The notes below the pieces were generated by a model, which saw only the letters and a list, made by a program, of their open reading frames with translations, did not search any database and was not told where the DNA came from. This document shows, piece after piece, positions 10,548 to 21,985 of a stretch of DNA of 64,000 bases. The position numbers were made by a program, and so were the translations under genes. Position 1 is the first letter of the stretch; the number at the start of each line of letters is the position of its first letter. The DNA lies in the NCBI GenBank assembly GCA_963747025.1, contig CAVVDJ010000015.1, forward strand, positions 2,745 to 66,744, given 5' to 3'. This DNA comes from an uncultured beta proteobacterium. GTDB lineage: Bacteria > Pseudomonadota > Gammaproteobacteria > Burkholderiales > SHXO01.

Positions 10548-11578
10548 GGGTTGATTGCAATCGCGGCGCTCGCCTGCAGTGCCGAGACCGCGCTGTAGAC
10601 CCGTTCCGGAGTGAGCTGGATCATGCAGTTGAAGTGCCGCAACGGGCACTCTCGCTGATAGCAGGGGCTGCACGGCAGGTCGAGCTTGAGGACGCTGGCG
10701 TGTGCCGAGAGCGGCGGCGTGAACGACGGGCTGCTCGAACCGTACAACGCGATCAGAGGCAGGTCCAGCGCTGCAGCTACATGCATCAGTCCAGAGTCAT
10801 TGGATACCACGAGGCGGGCGCAAGAGAGCAGATCCACGGCCTCGTCGAGGCCAGTGCGCCCGCACAGATTGACGCAGATGCCCGCGCTCAAGCTCGCGAT
10901 CTCTTCGCCGATGCCGCGGTCCTTGGCGGAGCCGATGAGCCAGATTTGCCATCCTCCGCTGGCGAGCTTCCGCGCGAGCTCGGCGAAGTACGCGGCAGGC
11001 CAGCGCTTGGCTGGACCGTATTCGGCGCCAGGGCAGAACACGGCGACGGGTGCGTCGTCGGTTAGCTCGAGCCGACGGCGCAGCGCTGCGCGCTCGGGCT
11101 CGCGCACCGCCAGGCGCGGCGACGAAAGCGGCCGCGTCAATGTGGTCCCGGGCGAATCGGCCAGCGCCGCATAGCGCTCGACCATCAGCGGCAGCGCTTG
11201 CTTGTCGAGCCGGCGCGCGTCGTTCAGCAATGGATAGCGGAATTCGCCGACGTAGCCGGTGCGCAGCGGGATATGCGCCAAGCGCGGGATCAACGCCGAC
11301 TTGAATGAGTTTGGCAGGACGATGCTCTGGTCGTAGCCGTGCTGCGCGAGTTGCCGCGCGAGACGCCAGCGCCCGGTGAGGTTCAGCTCGCCGTGACTGA
11401 ACGGGCTCGCGATGGCCCGCGACGGCTCCGGCATCCGCTGCACCAGCGGCAGCGTCCAGGACGGCGCCAGGACGTCGAGTTCGAGCTCGGAATGCCGTTC
11501 GCGTAACCGTCGCAGCATCGGCTGAGCGAGCACCGTGTCACCAATCCACGACGGGCCGATTACGAGGATCCTGTACAC
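10544..11578 (-). CDS. waaF: ADP-heptose--LPS heptosyltransferase II
   Basis: ILVIGPSWIGDTVLAQPM, LPNSFKSALIP, FCPGAEYGPAKRWP and VSNDSGLMHVAAAL match glycosyltransferase family 9 / WaaF. The GTG at 11578 was chosen because the upstream ORF extension overlaps the zf-CHCC gene. Confidence 0.85.
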   Translation of the reverse strand: MYRILVIGPSWIGDTVLAQPMLRRLRERHSELELDVLAPSWTLPLVQRMPEPSRAIASPFSHGELNLTGRWRLARQLAQHGYDQSIVLPNSFKSALIPRLAHIPLRTGYVGEFRYPLLNDARRLDKQALPLMVERYAALADSPGTTLTRPLSSPRLAVREPERAALRRRLELTDDAPVAVFCPGAEYGPAKRWPAAYFAELARKLASGGWQIWLIGSAKDRGIGEEIASLSAGICVNLCGRTGLDEAVDLLSCARLVVSNDSGLMHVAAALDLPLIALYGSSSPSFTPPLSAHASVLKLDLPCSPCYQRECPLRHFNCMIQLTPERVYSAVSALQASAAIAINP

Positions 11579-11600
11579 GGCGACCTGGACGCGCCGACAG

Positions 11601-11620
11601 ACAGCGCAGAGCTTCCCTAG
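11601..11620. repeat. Single-arm copy of the GGAAGCTCTG box
   Basis: acagcgcagagcttccctag; on the minus strand this reads CTAGGGAAGCTCTGCGCTGT. Its TAG is the stop codon of the zf-CHCC gene. Confidence 0.6.
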
Positions 11621-11823
11621 TGCTGTCCCGAGCGCGCGCCACCCTTGAGAACGTAGAGCGTGCCGCAGTACGGACACAGCGCCTCACCGGTCTTTTCGAT
11701 CGGCAGGAACACGCGTGGATGGGCGTTCCACAGCACCTGCGAGGGAGTGGGGCAATGCAGCGGCAGATCCGCCGCCGTCACTTCGATGCGGCGCTGCGTA
11801 TTGACATACTTGGTCTGTTCCAT
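11617..11823 (-). CDS. Small zinc-finger (zf-CHCC type) protein
   Basis: 68-aa ORF with LPLHCP...HPRVFL...ALCPYCGTLY. The layout resembles the NDUFS6-like zf-CHCC domain. It lies between ilvE and waaF. Confidence 0.7.
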   Translation of the reverse strand: MEQTKYVNTQRRIEVTAADLPLHCPTPSQVLWNAHPRVFLPIEKTGEALCPYCGTLYVLKGGARSGQH

Positions 11824-11832
11824 GCCCGTGAG

Positions 11833-12753
11833 CTAGATGTGAGTCAGCCAGTGGCGGTACTTTTCGGCGCGGCCGCTGACCACATCGAAGAACATTGACT
11901 GCAGTTTCTCCGTGATGGGGCCGCGCCGGCCCGATCCGATGGCGCGGCTGTCGAGCTCGCGGATGGGTGTCACTTCGGCTGCGGTGCCGGTAAAGAACGC
12001 TTCGTCGGCGATGTACACGTCGTCGCGCGTGATGCGTTTGGCGTGAACCTCGAGTCCGATGTCGCGCGCCATCGTGATCACCGCGTCGCGCGTGACACCG
12101 ATCAGAGCGGAAGTCAGCTCGGGCTCGTACAGTCTGCCGTTCTTGACGATGAACAAATTCTCGCCCGAGCCCTCAGCGACGTAGCCATCGACGTCCAGCA
12201 GCAGCGCTTCGTCGTAGCCGTGCTCGAGGGCCTCCTGGTTGGCCAGGATTGAGTTGGCGTAGGTGCCAGAGAACTTGGCACGGCACATCGTCACGTTGAT
12301 GTGATGGCGAGCATAGGACGAAGTCTTGACCCGGATGCCTTTCTCGATGCCGTCGGCGCCCAGATATGCGCCCCACGGCCACGCCGCGATGGCCACATGC
12401 ACCTGCGCGCCTTTGGGCGATACGCCCATCTTCTCCGAACCGTAGAAGGCGATCGGCCGCACGTAGCACGCCTCCAGCTGGTTCGCTCGCACCACTTCTT
12501 TCTGCGCTTCGAGCAGCGTGCGCTTGTCGTAGGGCATCTTCATCATGAAGATGTGCGCCGAATTGAACAGCCGCTCGGTGTGTTCCTGAAGCCGGAAGAT
12601 CGCGGTGCCACCGACGGTCTTGTAGGCGCGCACCCCCTCGAACACCGCCAGCCCGTAGTGCAGCGAGTGGGTCAGCACGTGGGTGGTGGCTTCGCGCCAG
12701 GGCACAAGCTTGCCGTCGTACCATATCTGGCCGTCGCGGTCTGCCATGGACAT
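11833..12753 (-). CDS. ilvE: Branched-chain-amino-acid aminotransferase
   Basis: 306-aa ORF (HSLHYGLAVFEGVRAY, YVRPIAFYGSEKMGV, GTYANSILA, EGSGENLF). AGGAG lies 8 nt upstream of ATG 12753. Confidence 0.95.
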   Translation of the reverse strand: MSMADRDGQIWYDGKLVPWREATTHVLTHSLHYGLAVFEGVRAYKTVGGTAIFRLQEHTERLFNSAHIFMMKMPYDKRTLLEAQKEVVRANQLEACYVRPIAFYGSEKMGVSPKGAQVHVAIAAWPWGAYLGADGIEKGIRVKTSSYARHHINVTMCRAKFSGTYANSILANQEALEHGYDEALLLDVDGYVAEGSGENLFIVKNGRLYEPELTSALIGVTRDAVITMARDIGLEVHAKRITRDDVYIADEAFFTGTAAEVTPIRELDSRAIGSGRRGPITEKLQSMFFDVVSGRAEKYRHWLTHI

Positions 12754-12861
12754 GATTTTGATCTCCTTCGCTAAACCGCTATTCTAGCTTAGCCGTAGCA
12801 TTTACCTCCCGGCCCGTGTGCGGTACGCTGTGTGCTGGTGTTTTCCTCCTTAGAGTGCGGT

Positions 12862-13518
12862 ATGACAGTTCGAATCGACGTGATCTCCGATGTGGTGTGT
12901 CCCTGGTGCTACATCGGCAAGCGCCGGCTGGCACAGGCGCTCGAGCTGTTCGGTGGCAGCGCAGGCCAAAGGCCGGAACTTGAAGTGGTGTGGCACCCGT
13001 TTCAGCTCAATCCGCAGTTGCCGCTGGAGGGGATAGCGCGCAGCGAGTACCTCGCCCGCAAATTCGGCTCGCGTGCCGAGGATATCTACGCTCGCGTAAC
13101 GGAGGTCGGACGCAGTGTCGGAATCGACTTCGCCTTCGAGCGCATCGTGCGCCAGCCCAACACGGTGCCGGCTCATCAATTGATCGGGCTGGCGCAATTG
13201 CGCGGGAGGCAGGACGAGATGGTGGAGTCCCTGTTCCGCGGCTACTTCCTGGAGGGAGCAGACCTGACGCAAACCGACGACTTGGTTGAGATGGCGCGCC
13301 GGGCCGGTCTCGAGGACGGGGCAGCGCGGGCGTGCCTGAACGATGACGCGCAGCGGCAGGCGGTGCTCGCCGAGGACGAGCGCGCGCGCGCGCTGGGAGT
13401 GAGCGGCGTACCCTTCTTCGTTTTCGACCAGCGGCTTGCGGTTTCGGGCGCCCAAGAGCCCCAGGTTCTGATGCGCGCGCTGAGGGAAGCGGCTGCCGAG
13501 CCAGCGCCTCAGGGCTGA
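12862..13518 (+). CDS. DsbA-family oxidoreductase (FrnE / 2-hydroxychromene-2-carboxylate isomerase-like)
   Basis: MTVRIDVISDVVCPWCYIGKRRL carries the CPWC thioredoxin-fold motif; GVSGVPFFVF lies near the C-terminus. Confidence 0.85.
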   Translation: MTVRIDVISDVVCPWCYIGKRRLAQALELFGGSAGQRPELEVVWHPFQLNPQLPLEGIARSEYLARKFGSRAEDIYARVTEVGRSVGIDFAFERIVRQPNTVPAHQLIGLAQLRGRQDEMVESLFRGYFLEGADLTQTDDLVEMARRAGLEDGAARACLNDDAQRQAVLAEDERARALGVSGVPFFVFDQRLAVSGAQEPQVLMRALREAAAEPAPQG

Positions 13519-13816
13519 GGCTCCCCGACTGGCCCGCTTTGCAGGGAGGTGCAGCGTGCGTTCGCGCCGCAAACGCTGAGTTTTTCGGGTCTCACGATGT
13601 TCACTTGCCTAGGCACAGCTCATGCTTTACGCTTCCTCGTACCTTCCTCACCAGAAACGAACCCCCGATGGCAGAAGCGCAGTTACTGGCCAACGCGACT
13701 GCGGTCGCCTCCAGCGCACCGCCTATGAATAGCCTTTCCGCAAAGGCTGGCGCGCCGGGAGTGGCGGCCGCCGCGCCTCCTGCACGCGCGCAGCCGCGCC
13801 TGTCGCTGCTCGAGCG

Positions 13817-15058
13817 GTGGCTCGCGCAGCGGTCGACGAGAACGACAGCGAAGATCTCAGGATGCGCAAGACGCTGCTCATGTTGGCCAGCGGGCTGATG
13901 AACGTGGCGGCGATCGTGTGGCTGGCGATCTACTGGATCATGGGCCTGAAGCTGCCGACCACGATCCCGCTCTTGTACCAGGCGATCTCAGTCATCATTC
14001 TGGCCATCTACCTGAAGACGAGAAGCTTCGACTTCTTCCGCTTCGCGCAGCTCTCGCTGTTCTTGTTCGCACCGTTCGTAATCCAGTGGAGCATCGGCAG
14101 CTTCGTCAATTCCAGCGGCATCGTTCTACTGGCGCTGCTTGCGCCGGTGGGGGCGATGGTGGTGCTGGGCGCGCGCGAGTCGATCCCGTGGTTCGTCGCT
14201 TACGTCGTCCTTACCGTCGTGTCGGGTGTGTTCGACTACTTCCTCGCTGCTGGCGACATGTCCGGCGTGCCCATGCGTACGGTAGCCGTGTTCTTCGTGC
14301 TCAACTTCACCATCCTGTCCAGCATCGTGTACCTGCTGTTGCGCTATTTCGTGCAGCAAAAGGACGTGTTCCAGGCCGAGCTCTCGCGCCAGCACGAGCT
14401 GGTGCGTGAAGAGCAGCAGAAATCCGAGCAGCTTCTGACCACGATCCTACCCACGCACATCGCGCAGCGGCTCAAGCGGGACCAGTCCACGATCGCGGAT
14501 GGTTTCGCCGACGTCACTGTCATGTTCGCCGACATCGTGGGCTTCACGGCTCTGGCCGAGGAGCTGACACCCAAAGAGGTGGTGAGCTTCCTTGACGGGG
14601 TATTCACCCGCTTTGACGAGCTCGCCGACAAGCATGGTGTAGACAAGATCAAGACCATCGGCGATGCGTACATGGTGGCCGGCGGGCTATCGGGCGAGGG
14701 CACGCATTACGTCGACGCGGTGGCGGCCATGGCACTGGAGATGCTGGAGCTGGCACGCAACGACGACATCATGAAGCGCTACAAGGCTGCATTCCACGTC
14801 GGCTTCGCCACCGGACCGGTCATCGCCGGCGTGATCGGCGCCCGCCGTTTCATCTACGATCTCTGGGGCGACACCGTCAACGTCGCCAGCCGGATTACTT
14901 CGGAAGCGCCATCCGGCCAGATCCTCGTGGACAAGACCACCTACCGCCGTCTGGGCGGCCGTTACCAGTTCGGTTCCCCACAGGACCTGACTTTCAAGGG
15001 GAAAGGGCAGATGACGGTTTACCAACTCATGGGAAAACGGCTAGAGGCTGTCAGCTAG
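13817..15058 (+). CDS. Membrane-anchored class III adenylate/guanylate cyclase
   Basis: About six predicted TM helices are followed by the cyclase homology domain (VTVMFADIVGFTAL, KIKTIGDAYMVAGG, YDLWGDTVNVASR). The N-terminus may extend to ATG 13668 through a frameshift near 13825 (see rejected list). Confidence 0.85.
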   Translation: MARAAVDENDSEDLRMRKTLLMLASGLMNVAAIVWLAIYWIMGLKLPTTIPLLYQAISVIILAIYLKTRSFDFFRFAQLSLFLFAPFVIQWSIGSFVNSSGIVLLALLAPVGAMVVLGARESIPWFVAYVVLTVVSGVFDYFLAAGDMSGVPMRTVAVFFVLNFTILSSIVYLLLRYFVQQKDVFQAELSRQHELVREEQQKSEQLLTTILPTHIAQRLKRDQSTIADGFADVTVMFADIVGFTALAEELTPKEVVSFLDGVFTRFDELADKHGVDKIKTIGDAYMVAGGLSGEGTHYVDAVAAMALEMLELARNDDIMKRYKAAFHVGFATGPVIAGVIGARRFIYDLWGDTVNVASRITSEAPSGQILVDKTTYRRLGGRYQFGSPQDLTFKGKGQMTVYQLMGKRLEAVS

Positions 15059-15101
15059 ACTGCACAGAAGGGGTTGTACGCGCGCGGGCTCGCGCAGCAG
15101 T

Positions 15102-17846
15102 TCATTCGTCCTTCTGAGTTCCAAACACCTCGTTCCACAGCCGCAACACCGGAGCGATCAAAGGCACAACTCGCTGCCTGGGTACCCGCGCATATCGTTC
15201 CCCCTGCAGCCGCAGCTGGTGTTGCAATCGGCGGAACTCCCGATAGCTATGGTGCGCGCCGGCGGCGATCTCTTCAGGGATCAAGCCCAATCGCCCCGCC
15301 AGCTTGAGCAGCGCAAGATTGCCGATGTTACCGGCCAGCTCTTGGTGGCGGTGAGCGTGTCCCAGAACCAGGTACTGGACCGCGAACTCGACGTCGACGA
15401 TGCCGCCGCGGTCATGCTTGATGTCGTACAGTCCGCTCGGGTTGGGATGGCCATCGAGCATTTTTTGGCGCATCGAAAGCACGTCTTGCCTTCAGCCGCG
15501 GGAGCTCCCGTGAAAAGCGAAGCACTTCGCTGCGCAGTCGCTCGAAGTGCATGCCGATGTCGGCGTCCCCGGCCACGAAGCGCGCCCGCGTAAGCGCCTG
15601 GTGTTCGAAGGTCCAGGCTTTGGTCCGCTGATACTGCGCATACGCATCGAAACGACTGACCAGAAGCCCGCTGGCTCCGTCCGGGCGCAGTCGAAGGTCG
15701 GTCTCGTACAGGACGCCGGCCGGCGTGAAGCTGGTGAGCCACGTGTTCATGCGTTGCGCGAGGCGCGCGTAGTTTTCCTGCGCCTCGGGATGGTCGTCGT
15801 CGTAAAGGAAGATCAGATCCAGGTCCGAGGCGTAGCCGAGCTCCTTCCCGCCCAGCTTGCCGTAGCCAACGATGGCGAAGCGCGGGTCGTCGCGATGCCG
15901 CGTGCGCAGGCCAGCCCAGGCCAGGCGCAGCACCTGACTCAGGATCGCGCAGGCGAGGTCGCTCAGGTGGTCCGACAGCGTTTCCAGCGGCAGCGTGCCG
16001 GCGAGATCCTGCACCAGAAGGCGAATCGTCTGCACCTGCTTGAAGTGGCGCAAGGCGTCCATCTGCCGTTCCGTGTTTCCATCGTCTCGAGTCGAGATCC
16101 GCGGCTAGTTGCGCGCGTAGCTCCGCCCAGTCGGGTGCTTCGAGCGCCTGCGGCGAGATCAGCTCGTCGAGCAGGACCGGGTGCTGCGCAAGATAGTCCG
16201 CGGCCCAGGGGCTGGCTGCCGCCAGGGCGGCGAGGCGCTGGAGGGCGGCCGGGAACTCGAGCAACAGCGCGAAGTAAGATTCGCGTCGCCCGATGCTTTC
16301 GAGCACCCGCGTCAAGCGCTCCAGCGTCTGGTCCGGGTGGTCGAAGCCGGCGGCCACCTCGATAACGCGCGGCGCCAATCGATCCACCCGGGCCTGCGTC
16401 GAGGCAGCCATGCGGCGATAGACCTGGCTTTCGCGCAGCTGTCGCAGGCGTGCAAGCACCGCCGCGGGATTCGCGTATCCCCGCTGGGTCAGCATCTCGA
16501 CGCCCTCTTCCTCGGTCGCGTTGCCGAGCCACAAGCGGCTCAAGGGATCCGGTGCGTCGGGCGCACGCTGGTCCGCGAATACGGACTCGAACTGGCGGGT
16601 GACCGCATCCCGATGCTCTTCGAGGCGAGCCATGAGCGCTCCATAGTCGTCGCAGTTCATGGCGCGTGCCACCATAGCCTGGTCCTCACGGCTGGTGGGC
16701 AGGCGCTGTGTCTGTTCGTCCTCCAGGTATTGCAGCCGGTGCTCCAGATTGCGCAGGAACACGTAGGCCGCGCGCAGATCGGCTACGGCCTCGAGCGGTA
16801 GCAGTCGGTGCCGCGCCAGGCGCTCAAGGGTGGTCAGGGTCGGGCGCAGGCGCAGCGCTCGGGTCCTGGCCGCCGCGCACCAGCTGGAAGACCTGCGCGA
16901 TGAACTCGATCTCGCGGATGCCGCCTGGGCCCAGTTTGATGTCGTCGTGCAGCTCGCGGCGCGCGACCTCGGCTCGCACCTGCGCGTGCAGCCCGCGCAG
17001 CGATGCGATCGCGCCGTAGTCGAGATAGCGGCGAAACACAAACGGTGCCACGATCGATTCGAGTTCCGGGTCGGGCGAGCTCGCTCACCACCCGCGCCTT
17101 GACCCAGGCGTAGCGCTCCCACTCGCGGCCCTGGGCGTGCAGGTAGTTTTCCAACATGTCGTGACTCATCGCGAGCGGTCCGCTGTCGCCATAGGGCCGC
17201 AGCCGCGTGTCCACGCGGAACACGTGTCCGTCTGAGGTGTATTCGGACAAAGCGCTGATCAGCCGGCGTGACAAGCGGGTGAAGTACTCCTGATTGGAGA
17301 TACGCCTGGCTACCGTCGGTTTCTCCGTCCTCCCGGTACAGGAAGACCAAGTCGATGTCCGAGGAGACGTTGAGCTCCTCGCCGCCGAGCTTTCCCATAC
17401 CGACGACGACGAAGGTCCTGGGCTTGCCCGTTGCCCGCGCCGCGCGGCACGCCGTAAGTCTCCTGCATCCATGGTTGCAGCCGGGAGAGCGCGAAGCGCA
17501 GAGTCTCTTCGGCCAGGGCGGTGACGCTGCTCATCACCTCCCCCAGGTCGGCCAGGCCGTTGAGGTCCCGGGTGATGACCTGCAGCAGCGCGGCTTGCCG
17601 CACGTGGCGCAGCCGCCGGTGCAGTTGTTCCTCGGTGGCGACGCCTTCGGCCTGCAACCAGGCCCGAATCTGGCATCGGCTGCAGGGCGCGGCTAGCGAC
17701 TCCGGTGCAAACAGGGGCGGCGGGTGAGCCAGCAGCCGTCGCACGTAGCGGCTGAGCTCCGCGGCCTGCTCCAGAGCCGCGCCGGCGTTGAGGCTGACGC
17801 GCGCCGCTGGTGCAGAGGTAGGCTCAACCGGATTGCGTGGTTGCAT
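15102..17846 (-). pseudogene. glnE: Glutamine synthetase adenylyltransferase/adenylyl-removing enzyme GlnE, at least 6 frameshifts
   Basis: Consecutive GlnE segments are spread over ORFs 17310..17846, 15281..17398, 16834..17676, 16824..17051, 15412..16062 and 15102..15482. Both nucleotidyltransferase motifs are present ([20 protein letters not shown] and GKLGGKELGYASDLDLIFLY). Frame changes lie near 17430, 17300, 17060, 16850, 16080 and 15490. Confidence 0.9.
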
Positions 17847-18023
17847 CGGACTCCGTAGCGATAAAATGGCAGCTGCCGGCCTTGAGACGTCCCGCCCCGG
17901 ATCCGCGGCGGGCAGCGGTTGTCAACTTACTGTCCTTGTCTGGTGTCAAACTTGGCGCGCGCGTAGCCCTGGACACCGACTTCTGCGTTGAGGTTACAGC
18001 GGCAGCAGTGCGAGCTGCCGACG

Positions 18024-18050
18024 GTGAGACGTTGCTCAGAGCTTCCTTAA
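18024..18050. repeat. Single-arm copy of the GGAAGCTCTG box
   Basis: gtgagacgttgctcagagcttccttaa resembles the right arm at 6847-6872 (gtgagaatagatcagagcttccctag). It lies in the glnE/yhdP divergent spacer. Confidence 0.5.
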
Positions 18051-18122
18051 TCCGATTCTATTGACCTGGCGCCGGCCCTGGCAAATCCTGTCGCGGCGGG
18101 CGTGACAAGACACAAAGACTGA

Positions 18123-21100
18123 ATGCCGCTGCGCTTTGCGTTTCATCTGTTCAAGCACGGCTCCCTCTGGGTATACCGGCTGCTCGACTTTTGCGGTGCT
18201 TACGGCCGCGTTTCTGTTCGCTGTCGTGGTGTTGACGCTCCGCTATTGGGTCCTTCCCCACGTCGATGAATATCGCGAACAGATCGTAGACGGTCTGTCG
18301 CGCGCGATACACCAACGGTTGCAGATCGGTCGCATCGAGGGCGATTGGGACGGGTATCGTCCGCGTCTCATCCTGCGCGAGGTGAGCTTGCTCGACGCCC
18401 AGGGTCAGGAGCGGCTGAGGCTGGAGCAGGTCGACAGCACGCTGTCCTGGCTATCCCTGTTCGCCGGGGAGCTGCGCTTCAACTCGATCGAGCTCGAGCA
18501 CCTCAGCTTGGAGATCCGCCGCGACCAGTCGGGCCAGCTTCTGGTTGCGGGCATCCCGGTCGGCCAGTCCGGCGGCGAGGGCGGGCTCGGCGACTGGCTG
18601 CTGGCGCAGCATCGCATCGTCGTGCGCGACTCGCGTTTGACCTGGGTCGACGAGAGGCTCGGCGGCGCGCCGCTGGAGCTGAAGGATGTCGATGTGCAGG
18701 GTCGAGCAGCTGTTCTGGACGCATCGCTTCGGCGTGCGGGCCAAGCCACCCATCGAAGTTGCGTCCCCCATCGATATTCGCGGCGATCTGCTCGGACGCT
18801 CGTTCGGAGAGCCATCCGGCTGGTCCGGCCAGGTCTACTTCGGCATCGCCTATGCTGATCTGGCCGCCCTGCGGCAGTGGGTCGAGCTGCCGATGCAGAC
18901 CACAGAGGGCTCGGGCAGCCTCCGGGTCTGGGGCAAGCTGGAGCACGGGCGGCCACATGAAATAACCGCCGACGTGGCTCTATCCAACCTCCACACGCGT
19001 CTGGCGGACGAGGTGCCGGAGCTGCAGGTGTCAAGCCTTCGCGGACGCCTCGGCTGGCGCTCCGACGCGCGCGCGTTCCAGTTGTGGGCACGCGGACTTA
19101 CGTTCGCAACGCCGGACGGCGTGCTTCTACCGCCCGCCGACATCAGTTATTCGCGCACGCGGCCGGGCGCGAACCGGCCCCCCGCCGCTGAATTGGCGTT
19201 CGACGCCGTCGAGCTCGACGCTGTGATCCGACTTCTCGACCGGCTTCCGCTGGATCCGGAGTTGCGTGCCCGGCTGGCCGAGCTCAACCCGCGCGGGCGG
19301 CTGCGGGCCTTCCACGTGCGCTGGCGAGAGCCGTTCAGCTGGAGCGGTCCATATGCTGTAAGCGGGAGCTTCAAGGACGTCGCCGTCAATCCTTCCGGCC
19401 GCACTGCCGGGCATGTCGCATGTCAACGGCGAGGTGGACGCCAGCGAACGCGGAGGCACGCTTGCCGTGAGCGCGACAGCAGCGGCATTGGATATGCCGA
19501 ACGTTGTTCCTGGCCCCGGTTCCGTTGGACGCGCTTCAGGCCAATGTGTCCTGGACCGTTCGCGACGGCCTGCCCCAGATTGCGCTCGAGCGCCTGGTCC
19601 TATCGAACAAGGATCTCGCAGGTCAGTTGTCGGGCCGCTACGACGCCGTGGCCGGCGGCCCCGGGCTCATCGACCTCGCCGGCAGCTTTGCGCGCGTTTC
19701 CGGGCCAGAGGTCTGGCGTTACGTACCGTTGGTGGCCACTGAGGCTCTGCGCCAGTGGTTGCATCGCGCATTTGTGTCGGGCACCGGGCGCGACGTTCGT
19801 CTCAAGCTGCGGGGGGACCTGCGCCGCTTCCCATGGACGCATGGCGGCGACGGCGTGTTCGAAGTCATCGGCGCGTTCAACGACGCCACTGTGGCATACG
19901 CGACGGCTTGGCCGAGGCTCGAAGCGCTGCAGGGCCAGATCGCGGTCCGAGGCAGCCGGATCGAGGTCACTATGAGCGCCGGTCGCGTGTTCGGAGCGAG
20001 CATATCCACCGGCACCGCCACGATCCCCGACGCCGCCTCGCCCGATCCCGTCGCAGAGGTGCGGGCCGAGCTCGAAGGCGCCACCAGCGACCTGTTGCGC
20101 TACGTCCAGGAGAGTCCGATCGAAGAGCGCGTTGGTGATTTTATCGATGGCATGCGCGCCAGCGGCCGTGGCCGGCTCAACCTGCGCGTTGACGTGCCAC
20201 TGAACCGGAGCGTGGACACCCAGCTGTCCGGGGTCTACACCTTCGCCGACAACACCCTTGACCCAGGCGAAGGCGCGCCGGTGCTAGCGCAACTGTCCGG
20301 CAAGCTGTCATTCACAAACAACGACGTCAGCCTGCGAGATGGCGCTGCGCGCGTGTTCGGTGGACCCATGCGCTTCAGTGTCTCGCGCGAGGACACCGGA
20401 GGCGTGCGCATCCAGGCGACTGGACAGGTGGACGTCGCCCGGCTGCGCCGTGAGACCGACGAGCCCCTGCTCGCATATCTCACCGGCAGCACCGATTGGC
20501 GACTGTCGGCCACGGTACGCGACCGCCGCCACGACTACGTGATCGAGTCGAACCTGCTCGGCGTGGAGTCGTCGCTGCCCTCTCCGTTCGCCAAGTCAGC
20601 GCAGGAGCGCGTGCCTCTGCGCTTCGAAAGGCGCGAGCGCACCCGCGGTCACGACCTGCTTTCCTTTGCGTATGGTGATGTCGCAGCCGGACAGCTGCTG
20701 CTGGACAAGATCGGCAAGGCCGGGATCCGGCGCGGCGAGATCGTCTTGGGCGCAGCCGCGCCGCTGCCGCAGCGCGATGGGATATGGATCGCGGGCTCGC
20801 TCGACCACTTCGATGTGGACCAATGGCAGGATCTGCTTACGACACGCGCGGTGGGCGCCAAGATGGGTGGTGCCGCAGTCGCTGGGATCAACGTGTCGGC
20901 GCAGCAAGCGCGCGTTTTCTCCCGTGACTTCCACGACGTGCGGCTGGCAGCGACGCAACGCGATGGCGCCTGGCAGGGCAGGCTGGAGAGCCGAGAGGTG
21001 GCTGGGGATGCCAAATGGTTGCCCGAGGGCGATGGCATGATCGTGGGGCGCTTCAGCCGTTTGCAGCTGCCGGCGCCGACTGCTGTACTGGAACCCGCAC

Positions 21101-21966
21101 CCGAGCCGAGCGCCCCTCGTTCTGGCCGGGGTCGGGACTTGCCGTCCGTAGACGTGACGGCGGATGACTTCCGCATGGGTGAGCGCCAGTTCGGCAGGCT
21201 GGCGCTGCTGGCCGTGCCGAGCGGGGCCGACTGGCGTATCGAGCGCCTGGAGTTGACCAGCCCCGACGGCGCGTTCAGCGTGAATGGTGTGTGGCAGGCG
21301 TGGGCCGTCAATCCGCGCACGCAGATCAACCTCAAACTCGAGGTGAACGACATCGGTCGCTTCTTCGCGCGCATGGCTCTGCCCCAAGGCATCCAGGGCG
21401 GCAAGGCCAGGCTGGAGGGTCCCCTGACCTGGGCAGGCCCGCCCTACGCGCTCGATCTCGCGACGTTGTCCGGCCAACTTGCGCTCACTGCCAAAGCTGG
21501 GCGTTTCGTGAAGATCGACCCGGGCATCGGCAAGCTGCTTTCCGTAATCAGCCTGCAGACCTTACCCAAGGTGGTGACGCTTGACCTGCGCGACATCTTC
21601 AGTCAGGGCTTTGCGTTCGAGCAGATCACCGCCAAAGTCGACATCGCGCGCGGGGTGGCGCGCACGCAGAACTTCGATATGGATGGAGCGGCCGCCCGCG
21701 TCAAGATGTCCGGCGACGTGAACCTCGCGTCCGAGACGCAGCAACTCGACGTCCACATCTATCCGTCCATGAGCGAGAGCGTAGCCTTGGGTACTGCGCT
21801 GGTGAACCCCGCGGTCGGTCTAGGGGCGCTGGTGTTGCAGAAGGCGCTCAAAGACCCGATCGGGCAGATGCTGGGCTTCAACTACATCGTGGCTGGAACC
21901 TGGACCGCTCCGACTGTGACCAAGAAGAAGCGGGAGCGCACCGAGCCGGAGTCTGGGCGCAGATGA
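18123..21966 (+). pseudogene. yhdP: YhdP/AsmA-like (TIGR02099 family) large envelope protein, at least 4 frameshifts
   Basis: The N-terminal TM segment plus LRYWVLPHVDEYREQI, LSWLSLFAGELRFNSIEL and the long C-terminal ORF 19504..21966 (FEQITAKVDIARGVARTQNFDMDGAAARVKMSGDVNL) match YhdP. Frame changes lie near 18195, 18700, 19400 and 19500. Confidence 0.8.
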
Positions 21967-21985
21967 TGCATCGAAAGGCGCGACT

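Noticed and set aside
13539-13898. 119-aa ORF upstream of the cyclase, considered as a separate gene.
   Set aside because: It overlaps the cyclase start and has low complexity. It is more likely either non-coding or the true cyclase N-terminus (ATG 13668) joined through an indel near 13825. I could not decide from sequence alone, so only the unambiguous part (13817..15058) is annotated.
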